Positions 12,150 to 24,376 of a stretch of 64,000 nucleotides of DNA are shown piece by piece (positions within the stretch are counted from its first letter, which is position 1; every line of letters starts with the position of its first letter). The notes beneath the pieces were generated by a model that was not told where the DNA came from, did no database searches, and saw only the letters and a list, made by a program, of their open reading frames with translations. The stretch lies in assembly GCA_013239625.1 (NCBI GenBank), contig MU054323.1, positions 19,176,819-19,240,818 of the forward strand. The letters are read 5' to 3'. The translations under genes were made by a program, and so were the position numbers. The DNA is from Lama guanicoe (taxonomy: Eukaryota).

Positions 12150-13395
12150 GGGAACAGCCATGCATTTTGGAGCTGCATTTGCTTTCCCTGCCAACCTTAC
12201 CATCTGTGAGCCTATGGAATGCCTTATTCCGTACATATTCCACATAATGTTTCTCTTTACTGAGGGCCTCATTTTACTGCAGAAGAGGTGCGGCAGTGGT
12301 CATGCCCACAGACTCACTGGTCTTATTGTGGAACTCACCATCCTGAAGGAGCTGGCCTGATGGAACAATATGAAATGACCTATCAGAGAATAAATTATGT
12401 TGCTAGCTGTGAAACAAATACCATGAAATATTGAATTACTACCTTACAGAATATACATTACAATGAAATCAGCCACGTATACGTAGTGTTGTTTCTTCCA
12501 CTGTGAGGTACACAGGTGCAGGAATCAAGAAGTGAATGTGACTCTCATTGCTATTATATCTAATCATCTGTTCAAAGAAGTCCTGACTGAGAAATTTTGG
12601 TTCCTACTAGTTTGGGATCTTAAGTATCAGGAGAGAATGGCTTTTATAAGGAGACATAATGATAGCTCTGCTGATTTCAAAGATAGAGATTGTCACCTGG
12701 GTATTCTGGGCTCTATGTCACTGGACCAATAGTTGGAGAATGAGATAATGGGGATAATTGTTCCTGATTATTAGGGATAAAAATGTACTCTTGCTGTACA
12801 GCGACTTTGTCTGAAATACTGGAGATTCTCTGAGATGCTTGTTATTTCCATATCAAATAATAAAACTTAATGGAAAATCAATGGGGGGAAAAGGTCACTG
12901 AAGATTCCAAATCTTCAGGTAATCATCAGGCAAAGACTTACAACAATGTATGGTGCTGACTCGAGGGAAAATGGAATGGCCAGTGGAATAAGAAAGGTAT
13001 AAATATCGACTACAACTTCATGGCCATTTACAGTAAAAAGGAGTAGCAGCTATGCATAGCATTTTCTTTGCGTGCAACGTAATTTACATTTGTATACATT
13101 AACTAATTCCCTTTTACTCCTTCTTTTCTCTTATTATTATACATAAGGATTGTTGGGAGCTATTAATGTTATCATTTATTCTTTAGCTTCTCATATATTC
13201 AAGTAGAACGAATATTGACTAAATAAGAGGAGTACTATCATTGCTCAGAGAGAGAAGCACAGAATGTTGGAATTTTGTATCTACCTTTTTGAGGATAAGG
13301 GTGAGTCCATCCTTGTATAAAGCTTAGCTGGCTCATGTCAGACAGAGCATAAAGTTGTTCAAGTGAATAACAGAGCTAAATAAGTAAAGGTGAGC
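12150..13395 (+). mobile_element. Decayed ERVL internal region (integrase core plus dUTPase-like remnant)
   Basis: Translated across frameshifts it gives FAFPA..TICEPMECLI..IPHN..GPHFTAEEVRQW..HHPEGAGLMEQ, matching ERVL integrase. 12751-12777 gives GIIVPDY*G, resembling the dUTPase motif GVIDxDYxG that ERVL carries after integrase. Confidence 0.85.
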
Positions 13396-13454
13396 TATAG
13401 GTGTACCTAATCTTCTGTCCTCTACTTTGTGATGTTGGGCTGGGACCCAGTGAT

Positions 13455-14793
13455 TTTTTTTAAAATTCTTTTTATTTTATTTTTTATTGAAGTATAGTCA
13501 CTTCACAATGCTGTGTCAATTTCTGGTGTACAGCACAATGCTTCAGTCATATATGAATATACATACATTTGTTTTCATATTCTTTTTCACTGTAAGCTAT
13601 TACAAGATATTGAATATACAGTATAAACTTGTTTATCTATTTTATATATACCAGTCAGTGTCTGCAAATCTCAAACTCCCAATTTATCCCTTCCCAATCA
13701 CTTCCCCACTGGTAACCATAAGTTTGTTTTCTATGTCTGTGAGTCTGTTTCTGTTTTATAAATAAGTTCATTTGTCTTTTTTTTTTTGATTCCACATTTG
13801 AATGATATCATATGGTATTTTTCTTTCTCTTTCTGGCTTACTTCACTTAGAATGGCATTCTCTAGGGCCATCCATGTTGCTGCAAATGGCATTGTTTTAT
13901 TCTTTTTTATGGCTGAGTGGTAGTCCATTGTGTACATATAGCACAACTTCTTTATCCAGTCCTCTGTTGATGGACATTTAGGTTGTTTCCATGTCTCAGC
14001 TATTGTAAGTAGTGCTGCTGTGAACACTGGGGTGCAGGAGTGTCTTTTTGAATTAAGGTTCCCTCTGAATATATGCCCAGGAGTGGGATTGCTGGGTCAT
14101 AATGGTAAGTCTATTTTCAGTCTTTTGAAGAATCTCCATACTGTTTTCCACAATAGCTACACCAAACTGCATTCCCCCCAGCAGTGTAGGAGGGTTCCCC
14201 TTTCTCCACAGCCTCTCCAGCATTTGTCATTTGTAGATTTTTGAATGACGGCCATTCTGACTGGTGTGAGGTGATACCTCGTAGTAGTTTTGATTTGCAT
14301 TTCTCTCATAATTAGTTATATTGAGCATTTTTTCATGTGCCTATTGGCCATTCGTATGTCTCCATTGGAAAATTGCTTGTTTTGGTCTTCTGCCCATTTT
14401 TGGATTGGGTTTTGTTTTTTTTTTCTTATTAAGTCATATCAGCTGTTCATATATTCTGGAACTCAAGCCCTTGTCAGTCTCATCTTTTGCAAATATTTTC
14501 TCCCATTCTGTAGGTTGTCATTTTGTTTTGCCTGTGGTTTCCTTTGCTGTGCAAAAGCTCGTAACTTTAATTAGGTCCCATTTGTTTCTTTTTGCTTTTA
14601 TTTCTATTGCTTGGGTAGACGGCCCTAGGAGAACATTGCTGAGATATATGTCAGATAATGTTTTGCCTATGTTTTCTTCTAGGAAATTTATTGTGCCTTG
14701 TTTTATGTTTAAGTCATTAAGCCATTTTGAGTTTATTTTTGTGTATGGTGTAAGGGAGTATTCTAACTTCATTGATTTGCATGCAGCTGTCTA
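13455..14793 (-). mobile_element. Young 5'-truncated LINE-1 (ORF2 C-terminus plus 3'UTR)
   Basis: Minus-strand ORFs give L1 ORF2 C-terminal peptides (MKLEYSLTPYTKINSKW.., [15 protein letters not shown]). T-rich tail at left. TSD ccagtgat at 13447-13454 and 14794-14801. Confidence 0.95.
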
Positions 14794-14794
14794 C

Positions 14795-15179
14795 CAGTGA
14801 TGTGTTAAAGCCAACACATACCAAAACATGAGAGCCGACTGTTAAATGTTCATGAATTTTGACAGCTGACTGTTAAATAGTCATTATTTAAAATTAAATT
14901 ATATAAACAAAATTAAATAAACTATACTAAATATAAAGAAAATGAATACTTAAAACATCACTTAAGTATTTTACTACATTTTACTTTTATCTACTTTGAG
15001 AACATTTGTATCAATTGTACCTGTGTTATATCTGAATAGTATCTTCATACTATCCTACATGTTTAATGTTTTGAAATCCACTATGATGAAGTATTTATAC
15101 CCTGAAAATAGGCAAGCTCTGCAAATTTGGGCTTTCTCTCCCAGAATTTAGCTATTAAACATCTATCAGCTTGCCACTG
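14795..15179 (+). mobile_element. MER63-type hAT (Blackjack) non-autonomous DNA transposon
   Basis: Termini cagtg...cactg. Internal 'gagagccgactgttaaat', 'aaaattaaattatataaac' and 'tattttactacattttact' match the recalled MER63 consensus. Confidence 0.8.
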
Positions 15180-17159
15180 GTGAGGACTCTGTAAATTACA
15201 TTTTTCTTTTGTCCATTAACCATCTTCACAGGCTCTGCCAATAGATGGCACCAGCAGAGGGAGACTGAAAGGCAGGAGGAGGAAAGAAGGAATTTCCTTC
15301 TGTTTGATCAGTATTTTGTTGTTGGCATAGTAGTAACAAAAGCACTTGACCCTGGTGGCAGCGTTTGGCTCCAGTGTTCAGTTCCTTTCATCATCCCCAG
15401 TATGGCTCTGGATTCCAAAGACTGTAGTTTGAACTCTTAGAGGTGGGATGAGAAAATATGCCCAACTCTTAATCAGTTTTTCACCTTTGATCCAACCATT
15501 CAAGAAGAGACCCAACCTACTTTTGACAGGTCTTACCTTAATTGGATTCTCTTAAATCACTGTAATAAGATGTTTTATATATGCTACTGATGAAAGTTAC
15601 ATGCTAAATATACTCAAGCCATAAATTTCCCCAATTCTTGGTCCTCTCATTCCCCTATCTTCTCTCCCTAAGACTACTTCCGAAACACACAGAATTATCC
15701 TTTCTGGAACTAATCACAAATAGTGTTCTCTCTTGACCTATTTATTACTGTCCTCATATTTCAAACAGAGCCATGGACACCTTCATTTACTTGAAACAAT
15801 ATTTGAAAAAGTAATTATAGCAGTTTATCAACAGCAAGCGACTTAGGTAAATGTTTTAACAATTTTTTCCATTAGTGAATATTTTAAATAACTGGCAATT
15901 GGATCATACACCCACACAGTGACATAATCACGTCGTTTTAATTGTGAAGTACAATACTGCAAGTTGAGCCAGGTAGTTCTGTTTTGTTTTCTTTTTAGCT
16001 AAAAATTATACCTAGTTAGGAAAGACTTGTGTGAGACCTACACTATGACCTCATTTAGTTGTTGAACAACAATACAAAATTAAACAACATTCCATTTTTT
16101 GCCAAATGTAATGCCTTGGTCATAAAATACTGATTCAGAATTTTGCCTACTGTCACTTCCTAATGTCATTCAGTAAAAGTGTGTTTGGGTGCACACAGCC
16201 GATAAGTGTAGGTAGATTTTTTTCATACTGCTAACATTTATTACATGCATGATTAGTTATTCAGTTGGAAACACTAGTCATTCTTGCTAAATGTCCATAT
16301 TTTAAAAAGAACTAATGTAAAAAAAAGATTAATGTTATATGTAATATAAATAAGAATTTCATGTTTTTCAAAAGACTACTGTTAAATATAATATAAATAT
16401 TCTTTACAAATATAAAAAAATGCCAGCTTTCAGCAACACCTTGGACTTGTAAACACACAACATAATTCACTCTTGTTTTCCTCATACCCTATTTTGAAAT
16501 TTTTTTTCACCTTCTTAAACATAGAACTTTGTTAATGTAATTGAAGACTCATTAATATAAGGATAATTTAGCACCTCTTCCTCTGCTTCAAAAAGTATCT
16601 GAAACAAAATCACTCCATATCCTCAAAACACTAATGTAGCAAGGCACTGAGATTCTCTCAAAGAAAAAAATGGCTTGTTACCTGTGTGTGTAGATCAGGA
16701 CAGAGCTGGTTGAGTGCCTATAACTGATTTAAGAGGAGACTAGATCAACAAGTTTTAATAATGTCTTCTCATGTATTATGTTAAGTGTCATGAGGAGTAG
16801 CTGGGAAATAGAATTAAACTGAACTAATTAAATAATCTCCTGACCCAGTCTATTTGTATTTAGTCAAGAAATCCAGAAACTCCCCAAGCATATCAAGTTA
16901 ACCTAGTCATGCTTAATATTCATCAGTGAAATAATTTATTCCTAGGAGTTTTTTCTTAAATCTAAATGGAAAATCTAGGATACTGTGGAGTTATAGGTCT
17001 TTGTGGTTTTCCTTAATGTTTTTAATATGAAAAACTATCCTAGAATTCATAAAGTAGTTTGATATATTATTATTGGCATTTAATCACTGACACTTTTTTT
17101 TTACATATTACATGAATTTTTAAAGGAAAATTATGTTTTTAAGGTAAAGTATATCCTTT

Positions 17160-17750
17160 AAAATAAATTATATATTCTACACTATGAAAATTACTATTCA
17201 GCAAAATTCACCTCTTTTGGTGTACAGTTCTGAACTTTCAACAAATGTATGGTTGGGTAACGTCACATCCCCTAAATATGTCCTCGTGACTCTGCAAAGA
17301 CAGTCTCTGACACACACACACAAACACACCTGCCCCTCACTGCCCAGTTGCAGGCAATGTTTAATCATCTGTCACCACAGTTTTTATTAGTTCAGAATGT
17401 CACATAAATGGGATAATATATTATGCAAACATTTGAATCTGCCTTCTTTGACTTAATGTATTTAAGACTGATTCATATTGTTGTATGCATCAGTATTTCA
17501 TTTTCTTAAATTTATGAACAATAGTCTACCTGGTGGACCGACCTTAGTTTATCTACTCACTCACCAGCAGAAAGAAATGTGGATTCTTTCCAGTTTTTGA
17601 CAAGGATGCATGAAGTATCTCTGAATATCTGTGCATAGAATTTCTTGTGTATACGTAAGTATTCATTTCAGTTGGGATAATATTTAGAAGTAGAATTGCT
17701 GGTTGTATGTTAACTGTATGTTTAAATTATAAGAAATTGTAAAGTAGCTG
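17160..17750 (-). mobile_element. Old L1 (L1M) 3' region
   Basis: Antisense 3'UTR motifs 'aaaattcacctcttttggtgtacagttctga', 'ttcatattgttgtatgcatcag', 'agaagtagaattgctgg'. Confidence 0.75.
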
Positions 17751-17823
17751 TGGAATATTATGCAATCATTGAAATACTGACATATGTTGACATGAAAAAA
17801 TTAACACAGAATGTTTACAATGA

Positions 17824-18215
17824 AACTTTTTTTGAGATAATTGTAGATCCATATGAAGTAGTAATAGATCTCATAGAGAGAGCTCATGTACTCTTTATCT
17901 AATTTCTGTTAATGGTAACATCCTGCAAAACTGTAGTCCTATACATTATCCCGAATATTTACACTGACACAGTCAAGATACAGAATAGTTCCATCACCAC
18001 AGGGATCCCTGGTGTTGCCTTTTTATGGCCACAGCAGCCTCATCCTCCCAATCCCAACTTCTGGCAACCACTAATTCATACTTCATTTCTATAATTTTGT
18101 CATTTCAAGAGTACTGTATAAAAGAAATCATACAGTACATAACATTTGGGTTTTTTTTTCACTCAGCATAATTCTTTGGGCATTCATCCAAGATGGTATA
18201 TATATTAATAGTAAA
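17824..18215 (-). mobile_element. L1MC-type 3' end
   Basis: 'ttttgagataattgtagatccatatgaagtagtaa..aatggtaacatcctgcaaaactgtagt..acagtcaagatacagaa..ttccatcaccaca'. Confidence 0.8.
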
Positions 18216-18773
18216 TTTGTTAGTAAAATATCAGGTTACAGAATGATATGCATAAGTTAACCCCATTCTATAAAGTGTAGATTTTCTACCCAAAAATATG
18301 TATTATAGAGTGAAATGATAATAGTTCACAGGAGTAAAGACAGCAAATAGGAGTGTCTGTATGTTTGTTATCATACTTCTCATATTTATGATTATGTGAA
18401 TGATGTTCAACATAAAAAGGCAGGCAAAGGGAGTTTCAAGAGAGAGATTTAGCTATTTTACTCAGCATAATTCTTTGGGCATTCATCCAAGATGGTATGT
18501 ATATTAATAGTAAATTTTTTAGTAAAATATCAGGTTACAGAATGATATGCATAAGTTAACCCCATTCTATAAAGTGTAGATTTTCTACCCAAAAATATGT
18601 ATTATAGAGTGAAATGATAATAGTTCACAGGAGTAAAGACAGCAAATAGGAGTGTCTGTATGTTTGTTATCATACTTCTCATATTTATGATTATGTGAAT
18701 GATGTTCAACATAAAAAGAGTGAATGATGCATAAAAAGGCAGGCAAAGGGAGTTTCAAGAGAGAGATTTAGCT
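18161..18773. repeat. Direct tandem duplication: copy 1 18161-18454 (294 bp), copy 2 18460-18773 (314 bp)
   Basis: The copies are identical apart from two substitutions and a 20-bp insertion in copy 2, by direct comparison. Confidence 0.97.
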
Positions 18774-20303
18774 CCATGTGGTTACTGTATGGTTAACACA
18801 GTGGGCTTCATGGTTTTCATTTTCAGATGAAAAGAAAATAAAATAGTTCTTTTGAAGTGGAAAACATCACTACATTCTAAAAGGAGTGTGTCATAAGAAT
18901 TCTTATTTAAGGGAAATTAAGCTATCAGTGCACAATGTGTTTAACAGAGATTTAGCAAAAGGTGCAAAATGTTCCTGACACGCTCCTTTTTCAACTCTGA
19001 TATCCAAGGAACTAACATTAAATTATAAATTGATGCAGTCTTACCTAGATTCTTACATTTATCCTCTCCCAACTACTGCTTGTCTTTTGGACATTTTCCT
19101 ACTCTGACCCTTTATTTATAGGAAAGGACAAGAAAAAGTGAGTAGCCTAGTCCAAATCTGAAAAACAGGTCAACAGACCTGATCAAAGAGTCTCAAAGCA
19201 GACCAATCAGCGGTATCAAATGCAAAGCAGATCTTTGACTTCTCCTCCTCCTAACTGGACTTGATACTTGAATTAAAATTTGTTTAATACTGTTTTTCTA
19301 TTTCTTAAATACAATATTAGAAAACAGTACTGTGACCGTACCCTACAGTAGACATCGTGACTGTGCCAGCTACGTTGTCAGCAGGCAGGAGAGCTCCCGT
19401 GCCCCTCGTGGCATCTGGGGACGGAGGTCTCAGCTTTCAGACAATTACTAAGGAATGAAGCAATGCTAGGGCTGGGTTCATAAAGACTGAATATCCTAAG
19501 TAGTTGCCATGATAATAACAGAAAGCTGTCTACTTATTAAGTTTTCAGATTAGCATTCCTAATAAGAGATTATACGGCAATGTTAGGGGAAAATGTTATA
19601 TTTGAAAACATTATCAAAGAGAATTAAAAACATTTTCAGCAAATAACTGCTAAGTAGAGTTGGAGCTATGCGGGCTCAGGAGCACAGTATAATTAGCTAG
19701 CTTCATAAATCCAAAAGAATACATTGGCTACCAACATAACAGAGTGCAAAGTTAGTGAATGCATCACATGGGCAATTATAAAACTGGTTTTTACAAATGC
19801 CACACGTAGATGTAAAATTATTATTCCCCAACAAGTGCTTACAGTGGATTATATGTCCTGCTTGTTCCTAAACTGTGTGTTTAGAACAGCACTGCTACCC
19901 TATTTCAGGAACCAGTACTATGCCCAATGTAGAAGAACATTTTCTCAGATTTAAAACCACATCTATCCCAGATACGACATAAACTACTACCAACCAAAAA
20001 TTATAAAGCAAATCATGAGTTCTAAAAGAGAAATTTTAGTCACGGTAACTTTCATGCCCAATATAAAGATATTTCAAGCATAACTCTTACTACACTAAGT
20101 TTGTACCCAACCCTCTACAGCAGGACATTTGCACACGCCTCCTCCTTTCATTTACTGAGGAAGCTGGACCTGTCTTACTCTAGTTCTAAAGTTTATTCAC
20201 AAAGCACCTCTGAATTGTCTGCTGTGGGTGGTTCAACCTTCACCTAGACTTCCTCTCCCCATTCCAAGATCAGCAAAATAAAAAGGAAAAGGGAGAGAGA
20301 AGG

Positions 20304-20748
20304 TATATTAGGTTGAACAGTGTCCCCAAAAAATACACGTCCATCCAGTGCTTTGGAAAGTGCCTTAGAATGTGACTTTATTGGAAATAGCGTTTTTGCA
20401 AATGCAATTAGTTAAATTAAGATGAGGTTAAGTTAAAATGGATTAGGGTGAGTCCTAGTCTAATGACTGGTGTACGTTTAAGAGGTGGAGAGGACACACA
20501 GGGAAGACGAGGGAGGCAGGGATTAGAGGGACGCAGCTACGAGCTGGGGAGCACCAAGAACTGCCGGCAGCCACAGGAAGCAAGGAGAAGAGCACGACAC
20601 AGTTTCTCCCTCAGTGCCCCCAGAAGAAAGCAGCCTTGCCCATATCTGGAGTTTGGACTTTGGGCCTTCTGAACTGTGAGAGAACGACCGTTGTTTAAAA
20701 CTACCCAGATGGTGGTAATGTGTTATGCCAGTGCTAGGAAATAATTCA
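20304..20748 (+). mobile_element. MaLR solo LTR (MLT1C-like)
   Basis: Begins 'tatattaggttgaacagtgtcccc', contains 'gaatgtgactttattggaaatag' and 'ctgaactgtgagagaa', and ends 'ctaggaaataattca'. Confidence 0.85.
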
Positions 20749-21054
20749 GGAAGTAAAAGAATTGATTTGAGAACAACACTGAGTTTGTTAAATAATGTCA
20801 TAACTTTCTTTGTTCACCTACCTCTCTTCTTCTGACACAGCCTAGCTTCTACTTAAGGACCTCATCCTGTCCTCCTGACTTTTATTTGTTCAAAGTTCCC
20901 CTCTACATCTCAATGCACATTTTCCTTTTCCCTCAGTATATGAGAACTTCTATTCCTTCAGCACAGAACATGCATCTTCTCTTTAAATTATATTTATATT
21001 TTATCTACAACAAAAGAAAAATAGCATAACTTCCAGGGGATACACACACACCAC

Positions 21055-21470
21055 TTTTTTCTCTATAAAAAATTTGAATACTACATATGTAGTTTTATAT
21101 TCTAGTTTTAAATTAAACCATATAAAATGAACATGAAAATGTCATTGGATAAATACTGAAAATAATGGTTTGTAATGGCCAAATGACATTCATCCCATAG
21201 ATGCACCAGAGTCTAACTATTCAGTTATTACGGGAATACTAGGTACGTATCTTTTTTTGCCCAACATAAATGATGATATAATGCCCAACTTCACACATCA
21301 ATCTTTGACCCCATATCTCATGTTTTCCTCCATATACAATCCTAAACGTTGCATTTCTGACACAAAGAATATGAACAATTTGAGGGCACTTGAGTTGTGC
21401 TGCCAAATTTTATGTGAGAAGGATTGTACCAAGTAGACTCCCCACCAACAGTTATCCGTGCTCAACAGCT
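21055..21470 (-). mobile_element. Ancient L1 (L1ME-like) fragment
   Basis: Antisense motifs 'catagatgcacca', 'tgctgccaaatt', 'ttgtaccaagtagactccccaccaacag'. Confidence 0.6.
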
Positions 21471-21519
21471 TGAATGCAATTTAATAATATACATTAATAT
21501 ATGAATGATATTTTCCCGC

Positions 21520-22095
21520 TGTTGATGATTCAGCTTTTTTCTCTTTTCTTGATCCATCTGGCTAGAAGTTCGTCAATTTTAATAATCTTTTTAAGAACCA
21601 GCTTTGACTTTGTTGATGTTCTTTTTCTTTTCCATTTTCTCTATCATGGGCTTCTAGTCTAATTTGTATTATTTCTTTTATCTCCTTACTTGGCTTTAAC
21701 ATGCTCTTCTTTATTTATTTCTTAAGGTAAAAGTTTATGTCACTGAAGTATAAAAATCATCCCTAAGATATGCATTTAAAGGTACATATTTTCCTCTAAG
21801 CGTTGTTTTAACCACATCCCACAAAATTTGGTATATATTATTTTCATGTAATTGAGATTAAAATATTTTCTAAATCCTCTTGTAATTTCTTTTTGACCCA
21901 GGGATTATTTAGAAGTGTGCTGTCTAATTTCTAAAACATCTTGAGGATTTTCTAGGCATCTCATTTTTATTTAGTCTAATTTAATTCTGCTGTGGCTAGA
22001 GAATAAACTTGTCATGATTCTGATCGTTTGAAACTTCTTGAGACGTATTTTGTTGCCCAGCACATACTCTATCTTGATAAATGTTCTGTATGCAA
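21520..22095 (-). mobile_element. Old L1 ORF2 fragment
   Basis: Antisense ORF2 motifs 'ctggctagaagttcgtcaatttta..aagaaccagcttt', 'catcccacaaaatttggta', 'ttatttagaagtgtgctgt'. Confidence 0.75.
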
Positions 22096-22464
22096 TGATC
22101 TCCATTCTCCATGGCTATGATAGTAAGAAAGAAACCATTCATTTGTTGTAACTAGCATAGAACCTTCTGGTTCCCATCCTTAGTTTTGCTTAATTTGCAA
22201 TTTACAACCAAACTCTGAAAATCTATTCAGTGATCTGCTATAAAGTCTTAACAGATTCAAAATATTTTCTGTATTCTACATAGCATTTTGCATTGCATAA
22301 GAAGACTGAACAAAATGTGATTGATGTTTAAAGTAGGAGTTTTTGTTTTTATTCTTGTTTTTAAAAAACAAATCTAGTTTGGCTAGTACACCTCATGGTA
22401 AGACCTTGTATCTTTGAGTTTTTTCCAAGATACATCTGAATCTTCCTTGGCTGAGTAGCACGCC

Positions 22465-22822
22465 ATGCTATCTGCGACCACATGGATGGACTGGAGGATA
22501 TTATTCTAGGTGAAATAATTCCAACAAAGAAAGACAAATACCATCTGATTTCACCCATATGTGAAACATAAAAACAAACAAACAAAATAAATACACAAAC
22601 AAACCAAACAAAGACAAACGCTAGATACTAACAAAGTAATGGTTACCAGTGGAAAAGGGGTAGGAGGTGGTGGGCAGAAAGGCAAAATGGGTAAAGGGGA
22701 TCAACTGTTTGGTGTGGGATGGAAACTAAACTTTAGTGAGCAGTGCATACAGAAGTAAAAATATAATGTACACATGAAACTTATATAGTGTTATAAGCCA
22801 ATGTTACCCCGATAAAAATAAT
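22465..22822 (+). mobile_element. L1MA-type 3' end
   Basis: 'acatggatggactggaggatattattctaggtgaaataa..aaagacaaatacc..ggttaccagtgg..ccaatgttaccccgataaaaataa'. Confidence 0.85.
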
Positions 22823-23190
22823 TTTTTAAAGTATATGCATATGAATTTTTTATTGCAAGTTTCTAATTGGCTTAGCTGCCCAAGATAAAGTAGCTCAGAG
22901 TGATTTGGGATAATAAATACGAGACAGTTCTTTATGTTTATATCAGGAAAAAGTACTTGAGAATTACTTCCATACTAGCTCAATTTTTTTATTACTGTTA
23001 CTATTTGGTATTTGGAACTGATACATTTTTACTGAAATTGATGGATGTCAAATTTGCCTTTTTTTTTCCTTTTACACATTCTGCCAATATGTAAAGTACT
23101 TCTGTGGTAGGCTGCCTTTGCATAATCAGTCTTTTCTAAGAAATACATATAATCTATGTATTCTTCCTCCTCCCTCTTCTCTCTCTCTCC

Positions 23191-23279
23191 ATATATATAT
23201 ATATCTTCTATATATTCTCTATATATTAAATGTGTATATATATATATGTATATGTATACATATATACATATATATATAT
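23191..23279. repeat. Imperfect (TA)n microsatellite
   Basis: atatatatat..tatatatgtatatgtatacatatatacatatatatata, preceded by (CT)n. Confidence 0.9.
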
Positions 23280-24376
23280 TTGAGATAAAAAACTAGTTAA
23301 TGGTAATAACATAAACTATTCTTAGAATATCAAATTTTATAGATGGGTTGGTGAATAAGGCACCTAACTGCATATTGAACGGCAGACAGACTGGATAGAA
23401 GTCTTTACAGCCTATTTCCCAGATGATGACATACCTGAACAAAAAAGATTACCTGTGTCAATTTTACAGACTCCATCCTGTCTAGTAAAAGGATTAAGAA
23501 ATATAGTTCTACCAGGGGATTCTGGTTATGCGAATACTATGTCTATAAGCCACCAAACAAAACTCCAAGACAGCAACAAGTATAAATTAATCACACCATA
23601 CAGATGTGTTTCCTGCATACAATTTAAGGAAACAGCACCATTCTATTTTTTCCCACAAATCCTCCTTGTAGGGAATATACTTTGTTCTTAATTTCAAATT
23701 CATTTCTCCTAATGACCCATGAAGGAAATCAATGCCACTATTTTATTTTTATAGATGGTGGGGAAAAGAATCGACCAGATTAACTGACTCTAAAGAGTCG
23801 AACGATAGTTCCAATGAGGATGCTGAAGGGGAGGAAAAAGGAGCTGGCATCCAGGGTACCAGCCTTTGGAAGTGCTAAATGGTCAGTATGAGGGAGGAGG
23901 ACAGCAAGAACCATGCAAAGGTTTTCAATTCAGTCCCTGCAGAAGTTCATTTGCTTTGTTCCCTTCTATGCCACAGTCTGTACCTTAACTTCGGCTAGTG
24001 ATTCCCAGGTCCATTTGGGAAGTCAAAGATGATTGAACAAAAAAATCCAGAAAAGTGACTCAGTGTATGTTCAGTACTTTGCTAGTAGCATATCTTCATG
24101 TAGAAGAGGAGAAAAATAAAGAAGTTACTGAACTTTGAGATCAACTATTCTTCCAGCGACTCAAATCTTAGTTCTATTTATAGGTGGGTATTATAAACAG
24201 TATTTATTTTATCTGTATATCTAAAACATTACCTACTTCAAAGACTTTGTACAAAGAAATAATTTAAGTAAATCTTCTCCCACATTTCATGGACAAGGAT
24301 AAATATCAATAATCATTTATATTATTTTGGCTCTTAGGGCTGCCAGTCATCCCCTCATACACATAGGATGCCTCTT

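Larger units (their letters stand above)
13396..15445 (+). mobile_element. LTR41-type ERVL 3' LTR, split by MER63 and L1 insertions (LTR pieces ~13396-13447 and ~15180-15445)
   Basis: 'ctttgtgatgttgggctgggac' [insertions] 'ggactctgtaaattacattt..aggctctgccaatagatggcaccagcagagggagactgaaaggcaggaggaggaaagaagg' is collinear with the recalled LTR41 consensus. Confidence 0.75.

Noticed and set aside
14321..14800. 159-aa hydrophobic ORF, and the similar 165-aa ORF at 31484-31981
   Set aside because: These are antisense readings of L1 3' sequence, a common artefact.
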